From a virus (taxonomy: Duplodnaviria > Caudoviricetes): a stretch of DNA of 55,488 bases. The stretch lies in IMG/VR virus record IMGVR_UViG_3300037586_002804, positions 1 to 55,488 of that record; one strand, written 5' to 3'. Position 1 is the stretch's first letter. Each line of letters opens with the position of its first letter. Positions 25,543 to 34,612 of the stretch are shown here, one piece after another. Under the pieces are notes generated by a model. That model had not been told where the DNA came from, searched no databases, and saw nothing but the letters and a program-made list of their open reading frames with translations. The translations under genes were made by a program, and so were the position numbers.

Positions 25543-25752
25543 TTATTGGTTTTCCGCCTGCACGCCTGTATCAATAGAGGGAAGGGCTGTGTCGCTCAGA
25601 TCGCTTCTTGAAATACCTTCATCATCTATGTCTGGTAGAGGCTCGGGAGCTATTGTTTCTGAGATTCTTGCAACCTCTTTCTTGGGGCACGATGTGAGGA
25701 TAAATATTATCGCCAGCAAATACACTGCTACCATTCCATACTTTCTAATCAT
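25543..25752 (-). CDS. Small predicted lipoprotein
   Basis: MIRKYG...hydrophobic...LTSC, then Pro/acidic tail. Confidence 0.6.
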   Translation of the reverse strand: MIRKYGMVAVYLLAIIFILTSCPKKEVARISETIAPEPLPDIDDEGISRSDLSDTALPSIDTGVQAENQ

Positions 25753-26818
25753 CTTTTCCCTCTCCAAAAGGTGCTCCCGGTGGGGCACTCTTAAATTTAG
25801 GTTTCTTTGGATTCTTTATTCCCGGTCCCTCTTTCTTATTATTCGCTCCCTTGTTCAGCAGGAAGTCAAGTTCTTTTGGGAGGTTTTTCTTCATGTTCTT
25901 TTGGAAGTCTGAGTCTTCGGACAACTCTTGACTCTGCTGTTGTATCTGAGTGTAGAGTTTTGTCCAGAACTTTCTTATCTCTTTTGAGTCTCGGGCTAAA
26001 GTGTCCATAAATAGTTGGACTGCTGAACTCTGTTGTGCTGCCCAGCGAATTCCTTTGCTTGTTCTAAGGTGGCGAATGACTGCTTCTGGCGACATGTATG
26101 TCAATAGTTGTTCTGCTGCCTCGTGAGCGTAGGCGTCTATCTCTCCGTGTCTCGTTACATATACTTCCTTTCCGTGATGATCCTCTGGTGGTGCTCTGCC
26201 GCAGCGTTGCTCCCACTCATCTCTACCTTCTTGTGATGCGCCGACTGGAACTTGTTCTGGATCGCATAGTAATTCTTCCCATGCCTCTTCGTCGCTCAAT
26301 CCTTTTGATTCTGCTTGCTTCTTCATCTGCCAGTAGTGAACCATTTCGTGATTTACGACTTGGGATATGAGGTTTACTAATTGTTTTGGATCGACAACTG
26401 ATATTTCGAAGTCCTCTTCAAGCGGACGGAGTTCAATGATTATCAAGTTCTTTCCGTTGCTGGGGTTTGGACCATTGAACTCTGCTCCCATAAGCCAGTT
26501 GTTCGGATAGTTCGCATCGCCGTCTCTCAAAACATATCCGTCACCCTTCTCGACAGTTACGACGAAGAACAAGTCTGTTCCGAGTTCCTGTGCCGTGGCG
26601 TTCAGGTATTCGGCGAGCGCTACGGAAGCAGGTGTCTCTCCTGCGTAAGATCCGTCTGGCATCTTGATCGATGTAGAGTCAACGACATCATACTCTTCGT
26701 GTGGATGTTTCCAGAAGTTGGAGTCTACAATAGCTTTCCTGAATCCTTGTTTCACTTCTGGTTCGAGAGTGGTTACTTCGTTTATGTGCTTTCGCCAATT
26801 TTCAAGTAGGAGTTTCAC
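25745..26818 (-). CDS. Zincin-motif protein with MKLLLENWRKHINE leader
   Basis: HEMVH and downstream EIDAYA third-ligand motif. Confidence 0.72.
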   Translation of the reverse strand: MKLLLENWRKHINEVTTLEPEVKQGFRKAIVDSNFWKHPHEEYDVVDSTSIKMPDGSYAGETPASVALAEYLNATAQELGTDLFFVVTVEKGDGYVLRDGDANYPNNWLMGAEFNGPNPSNGKNLIIIELRPLEEDFEISVVDPKQLVNLISQVVNHEMVHYWQMKKQAESKGLSDEEAWEELLCDPEQVPVGASQEGRDEWEQRCGRAPPEDHHGKEVYVTRHGEIDAYAHEAAEQLLTYMSPEAVIRHLRTSKGIRWAAQQSSAVQLFMDTLARDSKEIRKFWTKLYTQIQQQSQELSEDSDFQKNMKKNLPKELDFLLNKGANNKKEGPGIKNPKKPKFKSAPPGAPFGEGKDD

Positions 26819-29193
26819 TTCTTTAGATGCTCGGCGATGACTTGGTGAACTCTGTTGCGAATGCTTTCAACCAAGTCGTCTCGCTTGCCGAGCCACTTGT
26901 ATCTTCCCTGAGCCCTGATTGCTGCGCCAATGTCTTCCATCTTACTTTTTACTTCAGATTCAAACCTAATTGGAACATCTGCGTCGTCCTCAATTTTATA
27001 AAGACCAGTAATTCCATTAGTGATATGTTGCCTCATTTTCACCAAGTAGGTTGTGGCAGCTTTTCGCTCGATTGGTGTCATCTTTTCAAAATTCTCTTGG
27101 AACCACTTAAGCACCGCGACGTTTGCTTCTCGGCGTTCGTCGTTCATTCCAGAAGCGAGGATGACTCCATCAATTAATCTGATAAGTTCCATTGCCTCTT
27201 TTCCGCTGTAAACCTCTTCGTCCTTTTTCGCGTCCTTGGCTTTTTGTTTACCCATCATCTCTTCAAAGATTTCCCTTGCTGACTTAACAATCTGATCGTA
27301 GTTGTCGTTAAGAGACTTCAAAGCCCCAAGATAATAAGAAGGCATTCTTCCCTCACCGATAGGGTATTGTAGTTTCATTCGTGTTTCTCCGTTGATGTCG
27401 GGAACAAGGTATATATCAAAGGAATAGGGATTCCAAGGAGCGTCTTTTGGTTTCTCATACTTGTCACCAAGAGGAAGGGACATTTGTTGAGCGGCTGCGG
27501 CTTTTGCCTCGCTGAAGTATTTGTCTAATTTTGTGCGGAGGGCGGTGTTAAAGTTCTTAGAGTTATAACCCCTGTCTGTGACAGAATTTGCCGCGAATAT
27601 TGTATATAATTGTTCTTTTTTGTTATCAAGCTTTCCTATCACAGGGGCTGAAGTCCCTTCTTCAACAAGCTCAAACAGGATAAGGTTGCCTAAGTCGCGA
27701 GATGTAAAGTGTGGTAGTTCCTCTACTTCAGCCTTTATATCTCTCTTCTTAATGTCCCACTCGGAGGGTCCAAGGACTTCTCGATTAACGAGCGTGTTGC
27801 GAAGCTCTTCTTTCTCTGCTTCATAATTATCGGCGTAGCTATAAACCAATCCGTCAATAAAATCGCGAGCACCCTGCACTGCTCTATCTCTTGCCTCGCG
27901 AGTGGGTCCGCCGTAGCAATCCTCACAATCCATATTAAGAGCGATGTAAAGCTTCTCGCCGTCGAAATCTACTTCAGCCTCACTGTAGTCTTGGGATAAG
28001 ACTTCGTCGATGGCTTCCTCCACCTCTGCAGGGTCATCAGTGAAGCCTTCCATTGCAGTTTCCATCGCACCTTCAGAATGGCGATCATAGTTAAGATCAT
28101 AGACATAAGAAATAACTCCATAGGCTTTGAGTCCATTTTCTTCATAATCTATTTCAATGCTAACATCAATATTTCCAGCAGCCTCTGAATTCGCGAACTC
28201 CCTATTGGCATATTCATGAAGCTCCTCTGCTGCCTCATACAAGTCAGCACCTGCTTCGGGCGGATCTTCATTAAGACTTTGCTGAATGGCGTTGAAGACA
28301 GCACTAATCTTCTCCTCACTCCAGGCATCGTCCCAGTAACCAGTAATATCGGCTGAATCAAGTTGATCGTCAACCGTGTCGTAGGCGTCCATAGGGAACT
28401 CGGATTCGTCGTGGTTCGTGTCGTATACAAGAGCAACTTTATCCCTTTCGGCTTCTCTTAGTTGCGCGTCTTTATCTAAGATGAAGAAGAATACAGCGCC
28501 TTGATCGTTTGCGTAGTCGTCCCAATAGTTGCGGCTGTTTGTTGCTGCGATGCACCACTGGGTTCCTTGTCCGTAATAGCAGGAAGCTTCTTCTGATTTT
28601 GGGCGGACGACGAGAGTTGTCTTATCTTGATAAATTCTATCTGCGTCTCCTCGGACCTTTTCTTTGTGAATTTTTTCCAACTCTTTCCTTTTAGCAACCG
28701 CTTCTGCGTTGTTGAGAGCTTGATTAATATCACCAAGATATTTGTAAGAGTTAAGATCTCTTCCGCCTTGAGCGGTGGGCATATACTTGTTTAGTTTATG
28801 AAAGTCGCGGACGGCAATCTTTATTTTTTCTGCCTCGATGTTCGCCTGCGCACCTTTTTGAATTTCATCTGGCGCTTGGTCTACCACTGCCATGCGCTTC
28901 TCCCAGTTCTGAAGTCCTGTGTGAAGCAGCTTCACCATCTTGGAGAGATATTTATTATTTCCTGACGGATCATTCTCTCCTGTAAAATAGTTCTCAATTT
29001 GGTTGGCATATTGTGGGTATTTTTTGAGGACATCTTCTTTTCTGCCCTCAAGTAAAGCGCGTTCATAAATGAGGCGATCAACTTTCCAATTTTCAGAACG
29101 TTCCCAGAGAAGATCTTTCATGCTCTTCCTCTGATTGGATTCTTGATGTCCTCCAACAAACTGTTGCCAGCCGTCGATGAAGTTGTAGCTCAT
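26815..29193 (-). CDS. Large acidic protein (792 aa) with a PcfJ-like segment, putative virion-associated
   Basis: VVRP...ASCYYGQGTQWCIA motif; CTATTTAT upstream. Confidence 0.65.
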   Translation of the reverse strand: MSYNFIDGWQQFVGGHQESNQRKSMKDLLWERSENWKVDRLIYERALLEGRKEDVLKKYPQYANQIENYFTGENDPSGNNKYLSKMVKLLHTGLQNWEKRMAVVDQAPDEIQKGAQANIEAEKIKIAVRDFHKLNKYMPTAQGGRDLNSYKYLGDINQALNNAEAVAKRKELEKIHKEKVRGDADRIYQDKTTLVVRPKSEEASCYYGQGTQWCIAATNSRNYWDDYANDQGAVFFFILDKDAQLREAERDKVALVYDTNHDESEFPMDAYDTVDDQLDSADITGYWDDAWSEEKISAVFNAIQQSLNEDPPEAGADLYEAAEELHEYANREFANSEAAGNIDVSIEIDYEENGLKAYGVISYVYDLNYDRHSEGAMETAMEGFTDDPAEVEEAIDEVLSQDYSEAEVDFDGEKLYIALNMDCEDCYGGPTREARDRAVQGARDFIDGLVYSYADNYEAEKEELRNTLVNREVLGPSEWDIKKRDIKAEVEELPHFTSRDLGNLILFELVEEGTSAPVIGKLDNKKEQLYTIFAANSVTDRGYNSKNFNTALRTKLDKYFSEAKAAAAQQMSLPLGDKYEKPKDAPWNPYSFDIYLVPDINGETRMKLQYPIGEGRMPSYYLGALKSLNDNYDQIVKSAREIFEEMMGKQKAKDAKKDEEVYSGKEAMELIRLIDGVILASGMNDERREANVAVLKWFQENFEKMTPIERKAATTYLVKMRQHITNGITGLYKIEDDADVPIRFESEVKSKMEDIGAAIRAQGRYKWLGKRDDLVESIRNRVHQVIAEHLKK

Positions 29194-29247
29194 ATTTTAA
29201 CCTCGGAATATTCGTAGGGATTCTCTATAAATAGTTACTCAAGATAC

Positions 29248-29275
29248 AAAAAGAGGCACCAAATTGATGCCTCTT
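29248..29275 (-). terminator. Rho-independent terminator
   Basis: AAGAGGCA...TGCCTCTT stem with T-run on the minus strand. Confidence 0.6.
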
Positions 29276-29294
29276 AAAATAATGACAGTTACGG

Positions 29295-29516
29295 TTATAA
29301 CTTAAAATCGCTATCATTCTTAATTCTCGTAACTGAGACGCTTAAATCTGGAACGAAACATCCTCCCTTGTGATTCCCCTTCACGATAGATAGAACGATC
29401 TTATGGGAGGCGCCACTAATATCAATGTACGCTTTCTCTCCATCCATAGCTGCTTCAAAAACGTCGCAGTCGATCTTCTCAGTAGAGGGATCGAACATCA
29501 CTGCTGTCCAAATCAT
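29295..29516 (-). CDS. Hypothetical protein
   Basis: SD AAGGAG; ATGA overlap. Confidence 0.6.
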   Translation of the reverse strand: MIWTAVMFDPSTEKIDCDVFEAAMDGEKAYIDISGASHKIVLSIVKGNHKGGCFVPDLSVSVTRIKNDSDFKL

Positions 29517-29959
29517 TTCTTCTCCTTGCGAGGGCGTCCTCGTTTTCTCAATGTTTTTCCGAGATCACCAGAACCCCAAAACTTCTTACTTCGTCGCTGA
29601 TCTGTTGAGAGAGTAGCTTCAATGAATGAACCTCCCTCATCCTCTCGGAATCGGAATCGAAGAGGCTTTTCGCCAAGAGTTCCGAATTCTGGAATGGGTT
29701 TCTTCTTCTGATATTTCTTTCGAGGAGGGGGCTGGTTTAAGAACTCAATACATTGTCTTACGACATCTTCTTCTGAAGTGCCGCCTTCAAGATATTCTTT
29801 ATAATCAATATCGATATACACCCCGACTACCCAACGATTGACTCCAAAGCCCTTGAAGGCGTAATTTGAGCCAAGATATAGTCCTGATTTCGTTCCTTTT
29901 CCTCGGTTAGGAAGTTGGGTTCCATACTCCTCAATTTGTCGAAGACTGCACTCAATCAT
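29513..29959 (-). CDS. Hypothetical basic protein
   Basis: Start revised to ATG 29959 (SD GAGG). Confidence 0.65.
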   Translation of the reverse strand: MIECSLRQIEEYGTQLPNRGKGTKSGLYLGSNYAFKGFGVNRWVVGVYIDIDYKEYLEGGTSEEDVVRQCIEFLNQPPPRKKYQKKKPIPEFGTLGEKPLRFRFREDEGGSFIEATLSTDQRRSKKFWGSGDLGKTLRKRGRPRKEKK

Positions 29960-29960
29960 T

Positions 29961-30263
29961 TTAACCTCGCAGGAGAGATGATGAATTGGACAGTTTGCCT
30001 TCAATAGTGTCAGGATCTCCGACAACTGTGATTTCAAAGGAGCCTTGTCCACTGTTCATTCGCACTTTTGTAAACTGATGCCTGGGATCTAGTCCAGAAG
30101 GAAGAGATGCTGACTCTTCTTGGAGAAGCCCTGTTGTTTGGTTGTCCTCTCGCAGACATACAACGAAATCGGGATTCACATATACTTGACGAACACTGTA
30201 TTCGTTCTCATTAGATGTAAATCGATTCTGCTTAAATACTTCTGTCAATTTCACTGTCGCCAT
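29961..30263 (-). CDS. FlbD-like small protein
   Basis: VKLTEV...VYVNPDFVVCLRE...TKV...ITVVG....IE. Confidence 0.55.
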   Translation of the reverse strand: MATVKLTEVFKQNRFTSNENEYSVRQVYVNPDFVVCLREDNQTTGLLQEESASLPSGLDPRHQFTKVRMNSGQGSFEITVVGDPDTIEGKLSNSSSLLRG

Positions 30264-30495
30264 TTTGACTACTCCTAGTTATTGGATATAAATTCTTCTT
30301 CTCAACCATCCAGGTTTCTCCACGAAACAGGACTTGGTAATTTCCGCTCGATTCGCCGGCTCCAAGAACCACAACTGATGCCGGGATTTCAGTCTTGAAA
30401 TATCGTTTAAGATATGGCGTCTGTTCCTTTTTTCCCCTATCAAATTGTCTAAGAGTGACTTCCGAAGGAATATAGGCAAGATCACCCTTCTTCAT
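30232..30495 (-). CDS. MKKGDL-family SH3-like protein
   Basis: Start 30495, 14-nt overlap with upstream gene; YQVLF..E.W.V. Confidence 0.68.
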   Translation of the reverse strand: MKKGDLAYIPSEVTLRQFDRGKKEQTPYLKRYFKTEIPASVVVLGAGESSGNYQVLFRGETWMVEKKNLYPITRSSQNGDSEIDRSI

Positions 30496-30784
30496 CTTCT
30501 TCTTCCGGTAGCTCGTCTGGGGGGTTTTCAAGATAGTGCAAGTATCCGCTGAGAATTGACATACAGTCTTCCATTCTCGCGTCAACTCTTGCCATCTTCA
30601 GTCGGACATTGTGGAGACTTTCCATTGTCGCCTCTCCGTCGAAGTCCCCCATGCGCAAGCTGTTTGAGACATTATATGTCTTTCCAGATGTTTCCGACAA
30701 TTCCTTCTCAACAAGTTTAAGCATATGGGCAAGTTCATTTGGAATTTCTTCAAACTCAGTTGTCAAGTTAAGAGTTACATTCAT
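30482..30784 (-). CDS. Hypothetical coiled-coil protein
   Basis: SD GGAGGGAG; promoter TTAACA-N17-TATAAT at 30806-30834. Confidence 0.68.
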   Translation of the reverse strand: MNVTLNLTTEFEEIPNELAHMLKLVEKELSETSGKTYNVSNSLRMGDFDGEATMESLHNVRLKMARVDARMEDCMSILSGYLHYLENPPDELPEEEDEEG

Positions 30785-30825
30785 AATTCTCCCTCCGTTT
30801 TTATTATTATAACACAAGTCGTAAC

Positions 30826-31503
30826 TTATGTTAAGCGGTTTAATTTCAATATATGTTTCATTGCGGACTTAAGAAAGCGTTCTTCCACAATATGGGTATC
30901 AGTATCGTCGATTGTGAGTATCTTATATTTCTTTGAAGCCTTTGCTGCCGAAGTGACAGGCTCTGGGGCGACTTGCAGTATAATGAAAATATTACTATTA
31001 CTTGAAATATCATAAGGATTTTTCTTCCTTAGTGAAACATAGTCATTGACTTTAAATCTTGGTGGCGCAAAATGTGATTGGAGAACCTTCATAGAGTATT
31101 TATTCTGAGTCAAAGATTTGAATTGCCTTTCTGTCGGGATAAAGTCTTCTGAATTGAGCACCTTATATGACAAGTCTCCGAAATATGGAGGAATTTCTTT
31201 GTAGTATTTTGCACAAATCTCTGCTGTCTCTCTTTTGTCTGCATCATAATTTTCATTCCAGTTTTCATCACCCGGTGGCAAAGCATCGAGATAATCCTTC
31301 TCGATATCGCAGAATGCCTTGTACTGCTTCTCTGTGATGCCGCCATACTTCTCATGAGAAGCTGCGATGGAGGAGAGAAAGGAAGACACATTCGGACTAA
31401 CGTCGCATTTCCATTTCAAACTCTTAATACGGATAATTATCTCAGGATATATGCGACGGGGCTGTCTTATTTTAGCATATGATGAATAATAATCGTAGTC
31501 CAT
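30826..31503 (-). CDS. Hypothetical protein, paralog of 18485..19279
   Basis: Shared motifs, see paralog entry. Confidence 0.7.
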   Translation of the reverse strand: MDYDYYSSYAKIRQPRRIYPEIIIRIKSLKWKCDVSPNVSSFLSSIAASHEKYGGITEKQYKAFCDIEKDYLDALPPGDENWNENYDADKRETAEICAKYYKEIPPYFGDLSYKVLNSEDFIPTERQFKSLTQNKYSMKVLQSHFAPPRFKVNDYVSLRKKNPYDISSNSNIFIILQVAPEPVTSAAKASKKYKILTIDDTDTHIVEERFLKSAMKHILKLNRLT

Positions 31504-31514
31504 TCCTTCTCCCC

Positions 31515-31793
31515 TTAATTACCCCCCGACAGGATGACATCCCAAAACATCTTAATCATCAACATCGCAACACTGGAAAACATCATCCACTGAACCTTCG
31601 AAGTGCTCTCTTTCCATTGCTCAAGTGAGCGTAACCTTGCGTATAGTCCAGAGTCTGGGTTGTATACTGCCTCTTTTATCTTGGAAATGTCATCGCTCAT
31701 TCGCTCCTGATTGGCACCGAGGGTATCAATTCCGTTCAGAAGTCGTTCGAGTTTTGAGTTTAATTCAATTAATGTCTCGGTGTGTTCATCCAT
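31515..31793 (-). CDS. Coiled-coil protein with C-terminal TM segment (XhlA/holin-like architecture)
   Basis: Heptads, then RLRSLEQWK and a hydrophobic C-terminus. Confidence 0.55.
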   Translation of the reverse strand: MDEHTETLIELNSKLERLLNGIDTLGANQERMSDDISKIKEAVYNPDSGLYARLRSLEQWKESTSKVQWMMFSSVAMLMIKMFWDVILSGGN

Positions 31794-31819
31794 GTTGATA
31801 TATAGTTGCTTTATTCTAT

Positions 31820-33388
31820 TTATGACTGAATGATTGCGTAATTTGCAGTGATAAGCGTTCCGGCTGCGGAAGCTGCGTTTTGTAAGGAGCAGCGGACAAC
31901 TTTAGCTGGATCAAGGATTCCTGAATCGATTAAATCAACAAACTCTCCGGTTGAAAAGTTGTATCCCTGTGAGCCGTCAGATGATAAAACTTGAGTAACT
32001 GTTAAGTCAGCAGATGAACCTGCATTCTCTGCCATCTGTCGAATCGGATCTTGAACTGCTCCCCTGATAATATCGACTCCGAGTGACTGTTCTTCGTTAT
32101 CCGTTTGGACATCGACATCTGCGGCGGCTCGGATCAAAGCTGTGCCGCCGCCTGGGACAATGCCTTCTTGCTGAGCGGATTTAACTGCCTCAAGGGCGTC
32201 TTCAATGCGATGGCGCTTCTCGATCACTTCCACCTCTGTTGCTCCGCCAACTCGGATAATGGCAACGCCAGAAGCCATCTTTGTGATTCGATCTTGAAGT
32301 CTCTCACATTCGTGAAGATTGTCAGTTGATGCCAATTGGGATTTGAGAAATTCTGTTCTTTCTTCGATCTCGTCCGAATCTCCTCTGCCTCCGACAATCA
32401 TTGTTGCACCTTTCACAATCTCAATTTTGGTTGCGGAGCCGAGATCAGATAGCTTCACATCTTTCGTCTTTTGTCCACTAAGGCGGGAGACGAATCTGGC
32501 TCCAGTAGACACGGCGATGTCTTCCAAAATGCCTCGGCGTTCTTCTCCGTAGAAGGGAGCTTTGACTGCGGCGACTTTCATTGTCCCACGGACAGTATTC
32601 ATGATGAGAGCGGCGAGGGCTTGCCCCTCAATCGCTTCCGCAATAATAACGAGAGGACGGCTCTCTCGGGCGACAACCTCCAGCACAGGGAGAATCTGAT
32701 CTACCATTTCGATCTTCTCATCAGTGACGAGAAAGAGAGGGTTGCTATATCGGACTGCTGCTGCTCGCTCGTCTGTGACGAATGCAGACGCTGCCCAGCC
32801 GGAAGAGAACCTGAATCCTTCGACGAGATCAAGAGAGGTTTCGACTGAGCGTGCTTCCTCGATTGTAATGGCTCCGTCCTTGCCTGCCTGATCTACTGCC
32901 GTTGCAATCAAGTTGCCAATAGAAGTATCTCCGTTGGCTGAAATTGTGGCGATGCGTTCGATATCATCAAGAGATGAAATAGGGCGGGACATGTCATCAA
33001 TGTTGGCTACAATCGCCTGGACTGCCTTGTCAATGCCTCGCTTTAATTCGACGGGGCTCACGCCTGCTGTAATATATCGCTGGGCGTGCTGGAGGATTGC
33101 GCGGCACAATATCGTCGTAGTCGTGGTTCCGTCTCCGGCGTCGGAGTTTGTTTGCTCTGCCGCCTGCTTAATGACTTGGGCACCTGCATTCATGAACTCA
33201 TCTTCGAAGTCGATGAAGCGAGAGATAGTGACGCCATCCTTGCTGATGATGGGACGCTTGCCCTTCTCCTGTAGAATCACATTTCGCCCCTTCGGACCAA
33301 GTGTGGTGGCTACGTTATCAGCAAGCGTTTCGACGCCTTGCAGGATCTTGGACTGTAGTTGCTCATTGGAGCAAAACTTCTTTGTCAT
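31820..33388 (-). CDS. groEL: Chaperonin GroEL
   Basis: TLGPKGRNV, KDGVT, AGDGTTT, ISANGD, VGGATEVE...RIEDAL, GIVPGGG, ILDPAKV. Confidence 0.95.
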   Translation of the reverse strand: MTKKFCSNEQLQSKILQGVETLADNVATTLGPKGRNVILQEKGKRPIISKDGVTISRFIDFEDEFMNAGAQVIKQAAEQTNSDAGDGTTTTTILCRAILQHAQRYITAGVSPVELKRGIDKAVQAIVANIDDMSRPISSLDDIERIATISANGDTSIGNLIATAVDQAGKDGAITIEEARSVETSLDLVEGFRFSSGWAASAFVTDERAAAVRYSNPLFLVTDEKIEMVDQILPVLEVVARESRPLVIIAEAIEGQALAALIMNTVRGTMKVAAVKAPFYGEERRGILEDIAVSTGARFVSRLSGQKTKDVKLSDLGSATKIEIVKGATMIVGGRGDSDEIEERTEFLKSQLASTDNLHECERLQDRITKMASGVAIIRVGGATEVEVIEKRHRIEDALEAVKSAQQEGIVPGGGTALIRAAADVDVQTDNEEQSLGVDIIRGAVQDPIRQMAENAGSSADLTVTQVLSSDGSQGYNFSTGEFVDLIDSGILDPAKVVRCSLQNAASAAGTLITANYAIIQS

Positions 33389-33418
33389 TGGATATACCTT
33401 GGGTTGGTGATTTCTGTT

Positions 33419-33447
33419 ATTATAGCACAAATGGCTCTAACGATAAA
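33419..33447 (-). promoter_or_regulatory. Promoter upstream of groEL
   Basis: Extended -10 TGCTATAAT; weak -35 TTTATC at 17 bp. Confidence 0.55.
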
Positions 33448-33451
33448 GGAC

Positions 33452-34603
33452 TTATTTCAAAATCTCTGCCACGAACTTATCAAGAGACTCAGGTTTATCC
33501 AAATCAACACTGGACTTGATCATTTTGCCGCTTAGTTTGACAGCTACGACAAATCCGGTTGAGCTATTTTCTCCATAAGATGGCTTCAATCTAAACCTAA
33601 GATATGAAGTCAGTCCGACATTATCAAATTCTGGAATTTTCAACTTTGATGCCGCGTCAGCTTCCAAAGCGTAGAGTCCCTTTCCTTTTATTTGGATATA
33701 CTCGTCACCTTTATTCCTGTAGTAATCGGCGATTTGCTCAAAGGGAAAGCTAACATGATAATCATTTTTCTGAAACCATGATAGTTGCAAGTCTCTTTTG
33801 AGATCTCCAGTTGTTGGCGTTCTTTTCAGCCCGTACACCGTATTGCCTTTGTCCAAGACTTGGGTTGCCAATCTACCATCAGTGACATCGGGAAATCTGT
33901 AGAACTTATTCATATGCTTCTGTAGATGATCGTAAAATAAAACATCAAATATCTCTTTATTCTTTGCATACCCTTTTGTCAATCTTGGTTCCCAGGTTTC
34001 CAAATCAGTATTATACTGTAGCCTGAATTGTCCAAAATCGGCGGACAGGGAAGTCTTAGCTTCAATAGTTACCGTACCCATTGGATGTTCTACCTTAATC
34101 GTTAGATCAGAGCCGTGTCCGGATCCTGCCGAGCTTGCTGTGACGCCAATATCGCTATATCTTTGATTTATTTCTGCCGCCAGGGAAAGCTCATAGTCTG
34201 CACCGGCGAGGGCAGGTGCTTTGCGAGAAATAGGTTTAAAATAAATATACACATTGCCAAAGTCTTTATCAATTATTTCAATTCTTCCTAAGCTGCTTCC
34301 GGGGGCGTCCACATTGTATCTAAATCCATGAAGTTCGAGGGAACCAATGACATCTTCTATCGCTTCTTGCCGATTGTCCGTTTTAACTACAATGCGGCGA
34401 CGGTTGTCGTCAACGATGTAGTCCAATCCTTCAGCGTCAAGAGCATTGGTAGCGAGTTCAATATTTCTCATCTCTCCTCTATCCGGCGCTGCTTCTAAAC
34501 CACTATCATATTCGGACGCTATCTGCTCAACCAATTGAAGGATGTCAGTGGCGTCAAGTGCGGGTGTGAAGTAGTTCTCTACTAACGTATCGAGTTCTTT
34601 CAT
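33452..34603 (-). CDS. PD-(D/E)XK nuclease-like protein
   Basis: GADYE...GSDL...IEAKT...ADFGQ spacing. Confidence 0.6.
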   Translation of the reverse strand: MKELDTLVENYFTPALDATDILQLVEQIASEYDSGLEAAPDRGEMRNIELATNALDAEGLDYIVDDNRRRIVVKTDNRQEAIEDVIGSLELHGFRYNVDAPGSSLGRIEIIDKDFGNVYIYFKPISRKAPALAGADYELSLAAEINQRYSDIGVTASSAGSGHGSDLTIKVEHPMGTVTIEAKTSLSADFGQFRLQYNTDLETWEPRLTKGYAKNKEIFDVLFYDHLQKHMNKFYRFPDVTDGRLATQVLDKGNTVYGLKRTPTTGDLKRDLQLSWFQKNDYHVSFPFEQIADYYRNKGDEYIQIKGKGLYALEADAASKLKIPEFDNVGLTSYLRFRLKPSYGENSSTGFVVAVKLSGKMIKSSVDLDKPESLDKFVAEILK

Positions 34604-34612
34604 AATATATAA

